This document shows positions 63,522 through 64,000 of a stretch of 64,000 nt of DNA, piece after piece. The notes beneath the pieces were generated by a model. It did not search any database and was not told the origin of the DNA. It was given only the letters and a program-made list of their open reading frames with translations. The position numbers were made by a program, and so were the translations under genes. The first letter of the stretch is position 1; each line of letters opens with the position of its first letter. The DNA lies in contig CAVPLU010000013.1 of the NCBI GenBank assembly GCA_963706285.1, positions 32,001-96,000 on the forward strand, given 5' to 3'. The DNA comes from Candidatus Bathyarchaeota archaeon. Its GTDB lineage: Archaea; Thermoproteota; Bathyarchaeia; 40CM-2-53-6.

Positions 63522-64000
63522 CTATCGTGAGGCCAACGCGACGCGTTCCATCTCGTCACGCTTTCGAACAGCGTAGCTGCGATTGTCGCGAGCTGCAGCA
63601 TTAACAATCTCCTCAGCCAAGCATTCGTCAATGGTTCGCGGATTACCGTACGCTGCTTGCCGCGCACCATCGGTTATGAATCGCATTGTCAAATCTATCC
63701 GCCGTTGTGGAGCGATATCAACTGAGATCGGATATACTATTCCACCGTAGGCGACCCGTGTCACATCCTCGGCGGGAGCAACATTCTCCACTGCCCTGAC
63801 GAGCACCTCAACAGGATTCTTCTTCGTTTTCAGTTCAATAATCTCGAAAGCGTTGCGAACGATGCTGACGGCTTTGGCTTTCTTGCCGCCGACCTTGCCG
63901 TGACGCATCATGTTGTTGACGAGGCGTTCGACTATGTTGACGGTTGATTTTCTGAATTTCTGGTGTTCATGACGACCGCTGCTGTGAGGAACAAACATTG
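63522..64000 (-). CDS. rpsG: 30S ribosomal protein uS7 (5' end outside the window)
   Basis: IVERLVN, NPVEVLVRAVEN, PQRRID, ERVALASR. Confidence 0.96.
   Translation of the reverse strand, partial: MFVPHSSGRHEHQKFRKSTVNIVERLVNNMMRHGKVGGKKAKAVSIVRNAFEIIELKTKKNPVEVLVRAVENVAPAEDVTRVAYGGIVYPISVDIAPQRRIDLTMRFITDGARQAAYGNPRTIDECLAEEIVNAAARDNRSYAVRKRDEMERVALASR

Noticed and set aside
61635-64000. fusA missing from the rps7-tuf-rps10 cluster
   Set aside because: Separation of EF-2 from this operon is common in TACK archaea.
1-64000. CRISPR arrays, rRNA genes, intact transposases, and the many short overlapping or antisense ORFs in the track
   Set aside because: No regularly spaced repeats or rRNA/transposase signatures were seen by eye. 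The overlapping ORFs shadow well-supported genes or tRNAs and lack motifs.

Overview
Archaeal chromosomal window, TACK-type and probably Bathyarchaeia (inferred from EF-2/EF-1a/TFB style, a CFI-box-CTERM protein and integrase remnants). 1-24.7 kb is core housekeeping DNA: tfb, gar1, a short SMC5/6-like operon, pfdB, DHH nuclease, ECF transporter, phi, dph6, a TFS paralog, ligase, FEN1, EF-2 and tRNA-Gly. 25-36 kb encodes surface and metabolic proteins. 36.3-61.3 kb is an accessory island (two-component/PAS/KaiC signalling, GT2 and GH130, surface and virus-like proteins) bracketed by integrase remnants and ending at tRNA-Leu. rps10, tuf and rps7 close the window. Top finding: the EF-2 gene is interrupted by a 28-nt stop-containing insertion (20741-20768) that folds into a bulge-helix-bulge motif, and cutting at the canonical positions restores the conserved IRNIGIIAHVDHGKT motif. 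This is a probable tRNA-type intron in an essential mRNA, in a window where both tRNA genes carry three BHB introns each. Many other broken ORFs look like single-base insertions and are treated as sequencing errors. All family assignments come from motif recognition by eye; no searches or folding programs were run.
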